A DNA stretch of 64,000 nucleotides from Eledone cirrhosa (GCA_964016885.1 OZ024741.1:171864001-171928000), one strand, 5' to 3'; positions 43,295-55,220 are shown, counted from the stretch's first letter. Program-made: numbers and translations. The notes: generated by a model from the letters alone, not told the origin.

Positions 43295-43550
43295 GTTATT
43301 CCGGGTTGAGTCGGAGGTAACCACAGTAAGGTACTCAATACATAGCAGAGTATAACAGTTTTAATATAGATGAGATTCTACAGGACTAGAACTGTTTCAT
43401 TCTTTAGAAATCATCAGGAATCTGGGTATCAAAAAATAAATATGGTATTTATAGGCCTGAAGAGGCCTATAAATACCATATTTATTTTTTGATACCCAGA
43501 TTCCTGATGATTTCTAAAGAATGAAACAATTCTTGTCCTGTAGAATCTCA

Positions 43551-43555
<5 letters not shown>
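43294..43555. mobile_element. Fold-back family D element with hammerheads (43373-43423 -, 43498-43548 +)
   Basis: Minus strand AGATTC-CTGATGA-TTTCTAAAGAAT-GAAA-CAG-TTCTAGTC-CTG-TA-GAATCT: 6-bp stem I, monomeric stem III, GUA triplet. Confidence 0.85.
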
Positions 43556-43603
<48 letters not shown>

Positions 43604-44053
43604 TAAAACTTCTGCATGTTGTTTTAATATGTTTGTACTTGTGTATGTATATATGTATATAGACATGTATACATGTGTATCTATGAATGCATGCATGTAT
43701 AGTTTCAGGCATACCTTTGAACATATGTAACAGAAAAGTCTAAACAGGATACTACACCTCAGTAATGGTGCCAAGACATGAAGCATATACACAACCTTAA
43801 CTGTTAAACAAATGTTGTGTTGCCATATGGTAAGCTTTGCACATTGTGCTGCACACTAACAAATGTCAGATAGACAATATGTCGATGGCAATATTGTGAT
43901 TTTTTTTGTATTATTTTTTATTAAATACTTTTACTGTTTTCATTTTTTTATATTTATTTATTACTGCCTTTTAAAATCAAAATTCAAACTATATATTTAT
44001 AATCGCCATTATTAATTATTATTATTTATTTATTCATTTATTTATTTATTTTT

Positions 44054-44100
<47 letters not shown>

Positions 44101-44104
<4 letters not shown>

Positions 44105-47050
44105 TGCATTTATCTTGCTTTATGTTTATACGAGTTATCACCAAGTCACAACCAGTGACCTCAAGAGACAACAAGGTCCGCCATGTTCAAGAAAGAACAC
44201 ACATATTCACACATGCATCCTTAGTGTTTAGACTTGTGATGTACTTATATTGACAGGATCTTCCTTAGTATATGGGCAGTTCCCATTAGTACTATCTTTT
44301 GTATTTCTCCTATACGCGGGTTTCCTGGGATTTGCGATAAGTAGTCGTTAGACCCCTTAGGTATCATTCCCAGAGCGCCTACAACCACTGGTATTGTTTT
44401 AGTTCTCAATTTCCACATTTTTCCAATTTCTATCTCCAGGTCCTTATACTTGCTCAATTTTTCAAATGTTTTTATAGATACATTCTTGTCTATTGGAACA
44501 GACATATCAATTAGCAGGCATACCCTCCTTTGAAAGTCCTTCAATATTATATCAGGTCTATTTGCATCTATTTTTCGGTCTGTTTGGATGCTAAAGTTCC
44601 ACAAGATTGAGATGTGATTTTTTTCAAGTATGGGAGGTGGTTGATGCTCCCACCAATTCTTTTGATGGGGCAGGTCAAAATGCTTACACATTATCCAATG
44701 TATGTATTGTGCAGCTCTGTCATGCCTGTTTAGGTATTCGGTTGGAGCTATAGGACTGCACATTGAAATTATATGGTCAATGGTCTCTGGTTGTTTTTTG
44801 CATACACGGCATAATGGGCTGCACCCATTTTTTATTATGTTGGCTTGGTAATTTTTTGTTGGCAGACACTGATCTTGTGCCGATATAATCAGTCCTTCAG
44901 TCTCCGATTTCAGTCCAGAGGATGCCAACCACTGATGGGTTAAAGTTTTGTCAACATCAGGATTGTTAGCTCGCTCTGGGTATTTTCCATACAGAGGCTT
45001 TTCTTGCCATTTCTTAGCCAGTTTCTGTAGCAGTTCTTTCTTTGCAGTTACTTTTACCTGCTTTGCTTTTTCTGTGTTTTCCATTTCAGCAGTAAATGGG
45101 ACTTCTGAAATTTGTAGTCCATTACTGTATCTTTGTGCATCTTTTGTAATGGAATATGATCTTTTGGTGCTTTCGTGTTTCAAAACGAGTTTGATCATCC
45201 AATCATGTGATTCCCTTAGATATGTAGATAATCCAATTGTTGCAGTTTTCAACGTAATGTCTAACTGGATTAACCCACGTCCTCCTTCTTTCCTAGGGAG
45301 ATATATTCTATCTATGTCTGCCTTAGGGTGATGCATTCTGTGCATGGTTAAGAATTTTCGGATTTTTGTATCGAGCCTACGGATCTCTGTGCTTGACCAG
45401 TTGATGACATTGTAACTGTAGGTTACTACTGGTATGGCAAGCGTGTTTATGGCATCGATCCTATTCCTTGCATTCAATTCCGTTCTTAAGATTGCTCTGA
45501 CTCTGCGGTAACATTCCTTCCTTATCCTTTCCCTCATTGTCGAGTGCTTGATTCCGTCTCCTTCACAAACACCTAGATATTTGTAAGTTTGTTCTTGATC
45601 AAGCTCTCTTATCACGTTCCCCCGATCAAGATTAATGTCTGAACTCTTCAGCAGCTTTCCTCTGGTGAACGTTGCTTTGGCGCATTTATCCAGTCCAAAC
45701 TCCATTTTAATGTCATCACTGAACTGCTTCACAGTGGATAATAGCCCTTGCAATTGTTCATCATTTTTTGCAAATAGTTTCAGGTCATCCATGTAGAACA
45801 GGTGATTAATGGTTTTGTCATAGACTCTATATCCATGTTTTGTTTCATTGAGCATTTTACTTAATGGTATAAGTGCGATGCAGAATAAAAGCGGTGATAA
45901 AGAGTCACCCTGAAAAATTCCACAATTAATGTTAACTTCTCCAGCTTCCAGTGATTTTGTTTCACTATTCAAAAGGAGTGTCGTTCTCCATGTCCTCATA
46001 CTGAATGACAAAAACCTCCTGACAACGGGGGATATTTTGAAAATCTCTAAACATTTTTCAATCCAACTGTGTGGCAAACTATCAAATGCTTTTTTATAAT
46101 CTATCCAAGCAATCGATAGATTTTTGTGTCTATTATGACAATCTTCCAGTATCATTTTGTTAACCAGAAGCTGATCCTTACAGCCATATGAGCCTCGTTT
46201 ACACCCTTTCTGCTCAATGGGAAATAGGTAATTTGTTATCAGGTGGTCATATGTGTATTCAGTTAGGACTGATGTTAAAATTTTATACATTGTGGTCAAG
46301 CAGGTTATCGGTCTGTAATTTTTGGGATTGTTTGTCTCATCATTCTTCGGTAGCAGGAATGTAATGCCGTTAACTAGCCATGATGGTATCTTTTCTGGCT
46401 CCTTAACTATTTCATTGTAAAGTTGGGCTAACAGCTCATGAGACTCTGTGAAGGCATTTATCCAAAAGTTTTGTATTTTGTCTTTTCCTGGGGATTTCCA
46501 TTTGCTGGTTTTTCTTAGAGCCAAGCGCAGCTGTTCAACTGTTATATTTTCCCATGTTTGTTCTTCAAGGTGAGCTGTTTCTTTCATTTGTCTGTCTATC
46601 CATGGGGCATGTATGTTATGAACTTTTTCTTCGGCCCAGATCTTTTCCCAGAATTCTTGCACTTCCTCCTTGGGTGGTATTGATTTAGCAGTTATTGTTG
46701 ACTTACCAATTTTTCTGTAGAAGTTTCTTTGGTTGTTTTTGAACATATTATTGTCCTTATAGAATCTAGATCGTTTTTCAAAGCGCCTTATACGAGCAGC
46801 TTTGGCCGACACTTTTTGCTTGATTGTTTCTATCAGCATGTCTATGTCACATGTTGATCTTATACTGTACTTTTTTTTCAATTTTCTAAGTTTAGTTTGT
46901 TTAACATGTTCACCTACTTTATAGTTTGTTAAAATTTCTATGTCAGATCGGAGAAGGTTTATTTGGCGATTGATGTTATCTTGCCAAGTAGATTTCTTGT
47001 GGGAATTCCATTGATGTTATCTTGCCAAGTAGATTTCTTGTGGGAATTCC
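44101..47050 (-). mobile_element. Dong/R4-clade site-specific non-LTR retrotransposon, 5'-truncated, inserted in (TAA)n
   Basis: Intact RT-RLE ORF, ~140-bp 3' UTR with GTCACTGGTTGTGAC hairpin, (TAA)n on both sides. Confidence 0.92.
44245..47007 (-). CDS. Reverse transcriptase + CCHC zinc knuckle + restriction-like endonuclease polyprotein (no native start; 5'-truncated)
   Basis: NYRPITCL, WIDYKKAFDS, GIFQGDSLSP, LFYMDDLKL, YKYLG, CRVC..ETIDHIISMC, RHD, NRPDII, LIDMSVP, EKLSKY. The frame stays open upstream of the called 46881 start (NSHKKSTWQDNINRQINLLRSD). Confidence 0.93.
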   Translation of the reverse strand, partial: NSHKKSTWQDNINRQINLLRSDIEILTNYKVGEHVKQTKLRKLKKKYSIRSTCDIDMLIETIKQKVSAKAARIRRFEKRSRFYKDNNMFKNNQRNFYRKIGKSTITAKSIPPKEEVQEFWEKIWAEEKVHNIHAPWIDRQMKETAHLEEQTWENITVEQLRLALRKTSKWKSPGKDKIQNFWINAFTESHELLAQLYNEIVKEPEKIPSWLVNGITFLLPKNDETNNPKNYRPITCLTTMYKILTSVLTEYTYDHLITNYLFPIEQKGCKRGSYGCKDQLLVNKMILEDCHNRHKNLSIAWIDYKKAFDSLPHSWIEKCLEIFKISPVVRRFLSFSMRTWRTTLLLNSETKSLEAGEVNINCGIFQGDSLSPLLFCIALIPLSKMLNETKHGYRVYDKTINHLFYMDDLKLFAKNDEQLQGLLSTVKQFSDDIKMEFGLDKCAKATFTRGKLLKSSDINLDRGNVIRELDQEQTYKYLGVCEGDGIKHSTMRERIRKECYRRVRAILRTELNARNRIDAINTLAIPVVTYSYNVINWSSTEIRRLDTKIRKFLTMHRMHHPKADIDRIYLPRKEGGRGLIQLDITLKTATIGLSTYLRESHDWMIKLVLKHESTKRSYSITKDAQRYSNGLQISEVPFTAEMENTEKAKQVKVTAKKELLQKLAKKWQEKPLYGKYPERANNPDVDKTLTHQWLASSGLKSETEGLIISAQDQCLPTKNYQANIIKNGCSPLCRVCKKQPETIDHIISMCSPIAPTEYLNRHDRAAQYIHWIMCKHFDLPHQKNWWEHQPPPILEKNHISILWNFSIQTDRKIDANRPDIILKDFQRRVCLLIDMSVPIDKNVSIKTFEKLSKYKDLEIEIGKMWKLRTKTIPVVVGALGMIPKGSNDYLSQIPGNPRIGEIQKIVLMGTAHILRKILSI

Positions 47051-47071
47051 TTATTATTATTATTATTATTA

Positions 47072-47106
<35 letters not shown>

Positions 47107-47145
47107 ATTATTATGGTTGTTGATGTTATTGTTGTTGCATTTGTT

Positions 47146-48660
47146 GGCAGTGGATTGGCAGAATTGTTAGAGCATCGGACAACATTCCTTGCTGTATTTG
47201 TTTTTATCCTGGCTCTTTATATTCTGAGTTCAAATCCTGCAAATCTTTTTTTGGTTGATAAAATAAAGTCATGAGATCCATTTCACTCAGCCTCTCAGTC
47301 AATTTCTACTCAAATCCTTATAAACAATTTTTTTTATTTTTTTTTATTAATGCCAGTGAATTTCGGAAATCAGGACACTGGATGAAATGGTTAACTGCAA
47401 TTGTTCCAGCTCTTTACATTCCAATTTCAATTACTGCTGTGGTCACCCTTGTATTTCATCCTCCTAGGATTGATGAACTAAAGTACCAGTAAAGTGCTGG
47501 GTCAGTATAATTGATTTGTCCCTTCCCCCAAATGTTCTGCTGGCCTTGTACTAATGTTAGAAGCCATTATTATTCGTTGGATTGGCAGTATTGGTAGAAT
47601 GTTGAACAACATGTTTTGTGGCATAAAGTTACGGCCCAATATGTTCTGAGTTCAAATCCTGCTAAAATTAGCTTTGCCTTTCATCCTTACAGGGTTGATA
47701 AAATAAAGTATCAGTAACACACTTGGGTCGATTTAATTAATTTTCCTCACCATCCTAATTGTTGGTCTCATGCCTAAATCAGAAACCATTATTAGAGGGC
47801 AATAGATTGGCAGAGTCAGTAGAGCAACAAACCTAAATATTTTGTGATACTAAGTTATGTCTATTTAGGTTCTGGCTATTTAGGTTCTGCCAAGTGAGTC
47901 AATAAAATAAAGTAACCATCATGTATTAAGGTTGACTGAATTGACTATTCACTTCTATACACACATTTTGTGGCTTTGTGCTTATGCTTGGAATCATTAC
48001 TATTATTATTTACAGTATTTATTTCAGCTTTTTATATTGTTTTCTAATCCTGATGATGTGAACTTTGCTTTTCATTCCTCCAGGTTCAATAAACTAAAGA
48101 ACTAGACAAGTGCTGTTTTCAATTTAATTGAGTAACCCCTTCCCAACAAAGATTCTGACCCACTGCTTAGATAGAAATAATTATTGTAATTACCGTCAAA
48201 GAACCAGAGAACGTGCTATGCTGTATTTGTTCCAGCAAACTCCACCAAAGTCAACTTTGCCTTTCATCCTTCCAAGGTCAATAAATTAAAGTACCTGTCA
48301 AGTAGTGGAATTGATATAATTGATTTTCACCTTACCATAAAATAGCTGGCCTTGTGCCTAAATGAAAAAAAAAAAAAAATAATAATCATCATCATCATCA
48401 TCACCATCATCATCACCATCATCATCACCATCATCATCATCATCATAATCGTTATTACTATAATTATTATTATTTTTATTAAAGAAGAACAGAGGGATTG
48501 ACAGAATTAGTAGAGTACTGGGAAAAATTTCTTGCAGTGTTTAGCTGCGAGTTCAAATTCTTGTTTAGGTCAACTTTGACTTTCATCATTCCAGGAGTGG
48601 ACAAGATAAAGTATCTATTGAAATACTGACATTGGTATAATCGACTATAATATACATGAT
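47146..48660 (+). mobile_element. Head-to-tail cluster of ~7 old S1-related SINEs
   Basis: Repeated GATTGGCAGA...GAGTTCAAATC...TTTGCCTTTCATCC...GGCCTTGTGC units separated by (ATT)n/(ATC)n. Confidence 0.7.
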
Positions 48661-48667
48661 ATATGTG

Positions 48668-49060
48668 GGGGCACATGGTTTAGTGGTTGAAGCATTCGCC
48701 TTGAAATCGAAAGGTTTTGAGTTCAATTCTAAGACCGGGTAATGTGTTGTTTCCTTGAGCAAGACACTTTATTTCACATTGCTCCAGTTCACTCAGCTGT
48801 AGAAATGAGATGATAGGGACTGAGATCCCTATCATTCCACTGCAAAAGTGATCGTGGAGGTGCCACGGCAAAAAAGCACCCAGCCCACACTTTAAAGTGG
48901 ACGTGTAGGTGCCATGGAAAAAAAGCACCCAGCACTCACTGTAAATGAGGTTGGTGTTAGGAAGGGCATCCAGCTGTAGAAATCAAGCCAGAATCAGTTC
49001 CCATCCCACCCATGCAAGCAGGGAAAAGCGGACGTAAAATGAAATGATGATGAATGATGA
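48668..49060 (+). mobile_element. CORE-type SINE S2 full copy
   Basis: tRNA-like head, CORE block, two internal AAAAAAGCACCCAGC units, (GAT)n tail. Confidence 0.88.
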
Positions 49061-49092
49061 TATATGTATATATACGTATATATATATATATA

Positions 49093-50268
49093 CAAGGTTG
49101 AGTGAAAAGTAATGCAATTTGTTCTTTTTATGAGAAATAAGGAAGACAATGAAAAATATCGCATATCAAGATATAGCTATACATCACAGATTTACATCCA
49201 TACTTGTCACCATCTCTTTCAATGGCAGTGTTCCACTTTTGAATGAGGGTATGTATCCCAGCTTCATACAACTCAACTAATGTAGACAATTCTTTACAAG
49301 TGTTTTCACTTCTTCATTACCATAACGTTTGCTCCTCAGTGCCTCTTTCATGGGACCAAAGAAACACATAAAGGAGGGGGGAGGGCAAATCAGGAGAGTA
49401 GGAAGGATGTGACAGAGTTGTCCACCACAAAGTGGTGATTTCTTTTCTTGTTCTGATACTCAAGTGAATCCTTGCGTTGAAGAACATTATTTATCTCAAC
49501 ATTTGGTCCTTGAGCATCCCAAAAGGCACTCACTGTGATTTTTTTCAGCTAACAATCTGCCTTAAGTCATTTTGTTTTTGGAGAAATCAGATGACATCAT
49601 TCCATTGAGTGTCTTTTTGGTTGTGATTCAAAAGGAGGAATCCAAATTTCATCAGCAGTTATGAGCCTTTGAAAGAAGGTTTTTCTTTCTTTCACAGATT
49701 TCAAAGAGTTCAGCACAATAGTTAACAATTTCAGTCTTGTGCTCATGTGTCAGTTCTATTTGTACCCAGCAGGTACACATTTTTGAATATCCTAGTGACT
49801 CAGTAAATGTTGTGAGATCTACCATGGCTAACTCTGATCTCTGGTTATATGCATATGAGCTCTGATTCAGCATCTGCTTTTTCCTTGTTGGCAAGATTGA
49901 CAGCAGTTAACAGGCAGCTATTAAAAGGCATGTCTGCTAAGCTTGCACTTTCCAATTCTGATTTAGACAGCAGGTCCATCTCCACACATTGCTGTAGTCT
50001 AAAGCTTTATCTTTGTTTACATTTTTCCGTCTTTTGTGAATATGCAAAGGATTTTTTTTCCCACATCAAGGAACTCAATTCCTACGCTTTGCATTTCACA
50101 AATTTCCAGTGGGACACCCATTTTTATATCAGGTCAGTTATTCGTATATCTGAAAAATAAAATTACATAATTAAAGATCAAGGGTGTATGTGACTTTACA
50201 TCTGTACTAAATTTTGAATAATTTCATTGAGGAATACATCACCTGCAGTACTTTTTGACTCACTCTCA
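49093..50268 (-). mobile_element. Decayed mariner (DD34D-type) transposon
   Basis: Minus strand ITADEIWIPPFESQPKRHSME (ITGDETW..Y.PE.K.QS-like) and LGYSKMCTCWVQIELT (WVPxxL-like); diverged TIRs TACAAGGTTGAGTGAAAAGTAATGCA / TGCAGTACTTTTTGACTCACTCTCATA. Confidence 0.8.
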
Positions 50269-50608
50269 TAAATATAATTGTAATGTGGTTACAAACCAAG
50301 TTTAAAAGTTTAAGACATTTAATTACTGACAATTGTTTCTTCCTATAAGAATATACATTTTCTTCCTATAAGAATGTACATTTAACAGCAAATTATTTTA
50401 TTTAACAATCTGTTGTTTGTCAGTAAAAACCCTAGGAATCTTCAGAGTTTATTAAAATCAGAAACGATTAATATAATATCATGACAAAACACTCAAGAAC
50501 AGAAACATTTAAGTATAATAGATAATATGAAAAATTTATCCAACTACATAGCAAGTCCACAGAACACAGTGTCAAATGTGTTACAATAACTAAATCTCCC
50601 TCTCTCTC

Positions 50609-50678
<70 letters not shown>

Positions 50679-50844
50679 TAAGTTGCTATTCTTTCAAAAA
50701 GAGTTTAGTTATTTTTAAATGTCTATGTATATAATATAAGTTACAATGGTCTACATTTTTATTCAAATCTTTAGATTATGGTTTGTAAATGATGGTGTCA
50801 CTATGTGAGGTTTTCTCCTTCAAATGCATAACATATTTGTTTGC

Positions 50845-51012
50845 TTACCACACCATTTTTCCATGATACACCTATGACTAAACTATTTACCCCACATTTT
50901 TCCATGATATACCTATGACTAAACTATTTACCACACCATTTTTCCATGATATACCTATGACTAAACTATTTACCACACCATTTTTCCATGATATACCTAT
51001 GACTAAACTATT
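50845..51012. repeat. Minisatellite, 4 x ~42 bp
   Basis: TTACCACACCATTTTTCCATGATATACCTATGACTAAACTAT repeated. Confidence 0.9.
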
Positions 51013-51632
51013 TTTGAATACACATTTGAGGCAAGAGAAGAGAAATAAAATTATTATTATTACATCAATGAATTTTCAGAATCATTAGAGCATTGAATAA
51101 AATACTTAGTAGAATTTAATCATGTCCTTTTACATTCTAATTTCAAATCCTGCCGAGGTCAACTTTGCTTTTCATTCTTCTGAGGTCGATAAAATAAAGC
51201 ACCATTAAAGCAAGCACTGGGATAAATTTAATCGACGTTTCCATTCCCCAAATAACTGGCCCTTTGTCTATGTTAGAAATAATAATGATTACTATTGTTG
51301 TTGTCACAATTGTTATTAATATTATACTTATTTTAATTTTATACATTAATGAAATAAAAAAAATCCACATCTTCTTGTTTGATTGTGTCAAGAACCAAAC
51401 TAAAAAAAGTTTCTGTTTTAGAAAACTGATTTAAATAAATTGCAATTGATAGAAATTAAGAAAAAAAAACTCTTGAAAATATATGGTCAAAGCACACACA
51501 CACATGCATACACATACACTTACAAACAGAAATAAATATGTATATATATATATATAGTAATAATAATAAATTTGAAGACTAAAATTCAAAGAGGGCTGCG
51601 ATTCTTTGCTTAAACTTTAATCTGTTATTTTA

Positions 51633-51697
<65 letters not shown>

Positions 51698-51701
51698 CTA
51701 A

Positions 51702-51749
<48 letters not shown>

Positions 51750-51753
51750 CTAA

Positions 51754-51801
<48 letters not shown>

Positions 51802-51839
51802 CTAAAACATATATATATATATACATATATTATATATGT

Positions 51840-52212
51840 TTTGAGTATATGTTGGTTGTTTACCGAGATCTCGGTATGCAGATTGGAGCACTCGACGAGG
51901 TACGTAGGTTGGTTTGTTTACTCCGGAGTATTGTAAAATAATTAAGTCAAATATGTAAAATTTGGCTTCGTTTATTATAAATTATAGATATACTGCTATG
52001 TATATTTCGGTGACAACCATCATTGGCTGTGACCTCTTCAGGTAGTCCGAATTGGTGTGGGAACGACAGGTACACATATTGTTGAAGTGTGTTTTACTCC
52101 GTCAGTACATCGATATGTCCTGCTCCTGGTTGTGTTGTTATTTCTCTGAGGAACTGGAATCATATGATTCTAGTTCCTCAGAGAAATAACAACACAACCA
52201 GGAGCTGAACAT

Positions 52213-52220
<8 letters not shown>
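51840..52220 (-). mobile_element. Pseudo-LTR element family M with hammerhead (51992-52046, -) and terminal fold-back (52109-52220)
   Basis: ACTAC-CTGAAGA-GGTCACAGCCA/TGGTTGTCACC-GAAA-TATACA-TA-GCAGT; bulged hairpin at 51890-51929. Confidence 0.78.
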
Positions 52221-52268
<48 letters not shown>

Positions 52269-52353
52269 CAAAACAATTGTGGTAAAGAACCAGATGGACC
52301 ATAACGCACCAGAGTACTCAATACTTAGGATATTAGAGTGGGAAATAGGAACA

Positions 52354-52459
52354 AGTATGACCCCGACGGCAGAGCTCAACCCATTTCGACGGCTATTTCT
52401 GGACTAAATTAGAATTTTTAGCCTGGTGAATAAATAGTCGAACTTGTCAAGGGGGTACT
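52354..52459 (-). ncRNA. Full-length family E hammerhead with U3:A8 core variant
   Basis: AGTACCCCC-TTGACAA-G..(56-nt stem II)..C-GAAA-TGGGT/TGCCG-TC-GGGGTCATACT. Confidence 0.6.
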
Positions 52460-52929
52460 TCCTTATATGGGAAGATTGTAGTTGTCAAGAGGATTGGTTA
52501 AAATTTGTTGTAAACACAAATAAGTCTATCATGGCATTTGGTGGGAGGTAGGGGTGGCTGAACTTGCCTGTAGAAGAATAGGGGAGTGAGTGGAGCGGTC
52601 AAGCGTTGAACGTGATATGTATACAGCAGATTCTAAGGATAGTGTATGAAGTGGAGGAGGGAGGTTATAGAAAGGTAATTCGAATGATAGTAGGAGACAA
52701 TAAAAGATAATAGAAAGAAATAAAAAAATATATAAAATTAGATAGTGAGAAATGAATTAAAAAAATCACAATGCTATCTTAAAAATACAGGTTAATAAGT
52801 TGAGAAGAGAAAAACATTGTAGAAATGGAGTAGTAGCAATACTGATACAAATTAAAGGAGTCTAACACATCTGCTATAAGTAGTTAGTAAAACGTATTCG
52901 GCTAAATCTATCTTAAAATTACAGGGGTG

Positions 52930-54413
52930 GGGAACTGATGCTACAGAGGCCCGATGGGCTGCATCGGGGTAGGCGAAAGGGGAAAAGCAGACGAGGAAGA
53001 AAATAGGGGGTAGAAGGATGGGCGCTAGACGGACGGACCAGTTAAATTGCCTAGGGGTCTGGTTCGGTCCGGACCTCCAGACGGACAAAAACTGGGCACA
53101 GAGGAAGCTATCCCTGAAAGGTCGAGCGGAGGTGGCTAACGCGTACATCGCGTCCGTCATCTACTACCGCCTGACCGTCGTGCCTTGTCCTAAGCCTCGC
53201 CTGACTGCGCTGGAGCGTTTGTTCTTTCGCTTTTTGTGGAATGGACGCGCTCCGATGGTCAGGCGGTCCATCTGCTGTCAACACCCGCTACCTGGATGGC
53301 TGGGATGTCGTGGCTAATGATGCGCAGACACGCGCTCAGGCTACGACATCTCCACCTCTTCCTCGACGGTGATCAGGTGTGGTCGCCGTTTGCTAGACGC
53401 GTCTTTGCCCAGCTCATTTCCTTGACGAAGCTGTAGTCCTGGGTCAAGCGAAGACCGAGAGGGAGCGCTTGGAGACTGGAATGTCTTCAGGCGCTCACAG
53501 TCCTCTACCAATCGGGCATTGTGATCGGTGGAAACTCCACCTTGGCGTTCTATAGAGGATTAGTGGAGGGGAAGAGCGACGACGTACTTGGGGAAACTCT
53601 AGGCGTCGTCGAAAATCAACTGGCCAATCACTTTGGAAGAACTTTCGGGCCGGGGCCTATGGACAACTTCCAGAAATCCCTGGCCTGGCAGTGCTACCGA
53701 AGAGCTTTGCCAGTTCGGGATAAACTCTACAGGCATGGAGGTGCCGTCAGCCGGGCAAGTCTGAGATGCGCGCAGGGCGACGAAACCGTCCTCCATGCAC
53801 TCGTCCAGTGTCAGAGTATTATGTCGAATACCTGCTGTCGCGTATAGAACGGATCCGACTATCAGCTGAGTCCATCGTGAGGATAGCCCCGTCCTCTTCC
53901 TTTAGCCGGGAAGAGCAGGCAGTTTTTATCTGTGTGGTGGCCATGGCGAAAGAGATAGTATGGTGGCCGCGTCTGAAAGGGCTGAAGACGAGCACTTACC
54001 TCTTCGGTGATGGCCTGATTAACTTTTTCCAATTTCATTTGAAAAGGAAAATCAGGGTAGAGAGGGAGGTGCTCTCTTCCCAGCTTTTTGTTGAAAGATG
54101 GGTGAGAGAGGCAAGAATGGCCCGAGTGAGTGGACCTACTCTGAGTATATGCCTGTAAATTTAAGGTGAAAAACTGGGAGAGGACAATTGCCCTGATGGT
54201 CAGGGTCACCGTGGCTTTTTTAATGGGCTTTCTCCACGATGGCCCTCGGACGTCTCCCCCCTATTGGGGAATTTTTCATTGTTATTTTTTTGTTACATCC
54301 ACTGTTTTTTTTTTGTTTTTTACACGCAGAAATGCCCATTTGTACCGTCCTGTATTGTCCTGTACTGTCCTTAATGTCTACTTTGTGTAAACCCTTGTGG
54401 TTAATAAAGAAAG

Positions 54414-54450
<37 letters not shown>

Positions 54451-54478
54451 GTTGTTGTTGTTGTTGTTGTTATTATTA
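52930..54478 (+). mobile_element. 5'-truncated, frameshifted L1/Tx1-clade LINE (post-RT region, 3' UTR, (TTA)n tail)
   Basis: LGVWFG..KNW..RKLSLKGRA...FFRFLW.GR..VRR; LPVRDKL...C..GDETVLHALVQC zinc-finger; AATAAA at ~54403 followed by (TTA)n; locally GC-rich. Confidence 0.8.
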
Positions 54479-54533
54479 GTCTTTAGATCATAAGACAAAA
54501 TGTATTGCAGCAGGATACTCCTGCACTAAGAAC

Positions 54534-55031
54534 ATGAAGGCTCACATCACCAACAGCCCTAAGAGCAACATCCCCCTAGGGTGCTCTTGCCGTAAGCTCG
54601 AAGCTTGTCCCCTTCAACAGCAATGCAACGCACTCGCTGTAGTTTATGAAGCTGTGGTCACTTCCAACCGACCAAATCAACCACAGGAGGTCAAATCCTA
54701 TGTGGGTATGGCGGAGGGCCGATTTAAGGAACGCTTCCTGAACCACCAGTCGACCTTTAGGTACCCGGACAGACGTTCATCCACGAAACTCGCGAGCCAC
54801 GTATGGTCCCTCAAGGACTCAAGTATAGACTACTCCATTCAATGGAAAGCCATCACTAAGTCCAAGCCAAACGCAAGGGGAAATCCGTCGTGTGGACTAT
54901 GTATTGATGAACAAATAAATATTCTAAAGAGATTATGCAATAGCGATTGCCTAAACACGAGAAATGAATTCTTCACAATTTGTCCACACGTCTCTAAACA
55001 CCTCTTATGTAACTACAAAGCTCCGGATTGA
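54534..55031 (+). CDS. GIY-YIG endonuclease domain of a Penelope-like element (C-terminal fragment)
   Basis: Upstream YSCTKNM; CSCR...CPLQQQC; VVYEA...YVG; FKERFLNH; LASHVW.LK; CGLC; LNTRNEF..CPH. Pattern recalled for Naiad PLEs. Confidence 0.85.
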   Translation: MKAHITNSPKSNIPLGCSCRKLEACPLQQQCNALAVVYEAVVTSNRPNQPQEVKSYVGMAEGRFKERFLNHQSTFRYPDRRSSTKLASHVWSLKDSSIDYSIQWKAITKSKPNARGNPSCGLCIDEQINILKRLCNSDCLNTRNEFFTICPHVSKHLLCNYKAPD

Positions 55032-55170
55032 ATTACAACAACATCCTAATTTTCTTATCAACTAGAAATTTTTCGGACTTTCGCACGCATTTTAGTATTG
55101 CCTGTGTGAAGTGATCGTTTCTGCGCATACGCGTTCGTTAGGTTGTCCTTCCTGTTCCGTATAACCATGT

Positions 55171-55220
55171 CCATTACGAGCTGAGGATCCGCTAAGGTGA
55201 AACAATTGTTCTCGGTATGG
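55171..55220 (+). ncRNA. Minimal hammerhead ribozyme in the Naiad pseudo-LTR
   Basis: CCATTACGAG-CTGAGGA-TCCGCTAAGGT-GAAA-CAATTG-TT-CTCGGTATGG; palindromic stem III, GUU triplet. Confidence 0.82.

Noticed and set aside
44948-45331. 127-aa plus-strand ORF
   Set aside because: Antisense shadow of the Dong RT ORF.
50845-51012. CRISPR-like appearance of the 42-bp repeats
   Set aside because: No unique spacers; a plain eukaryotic minisatellite.
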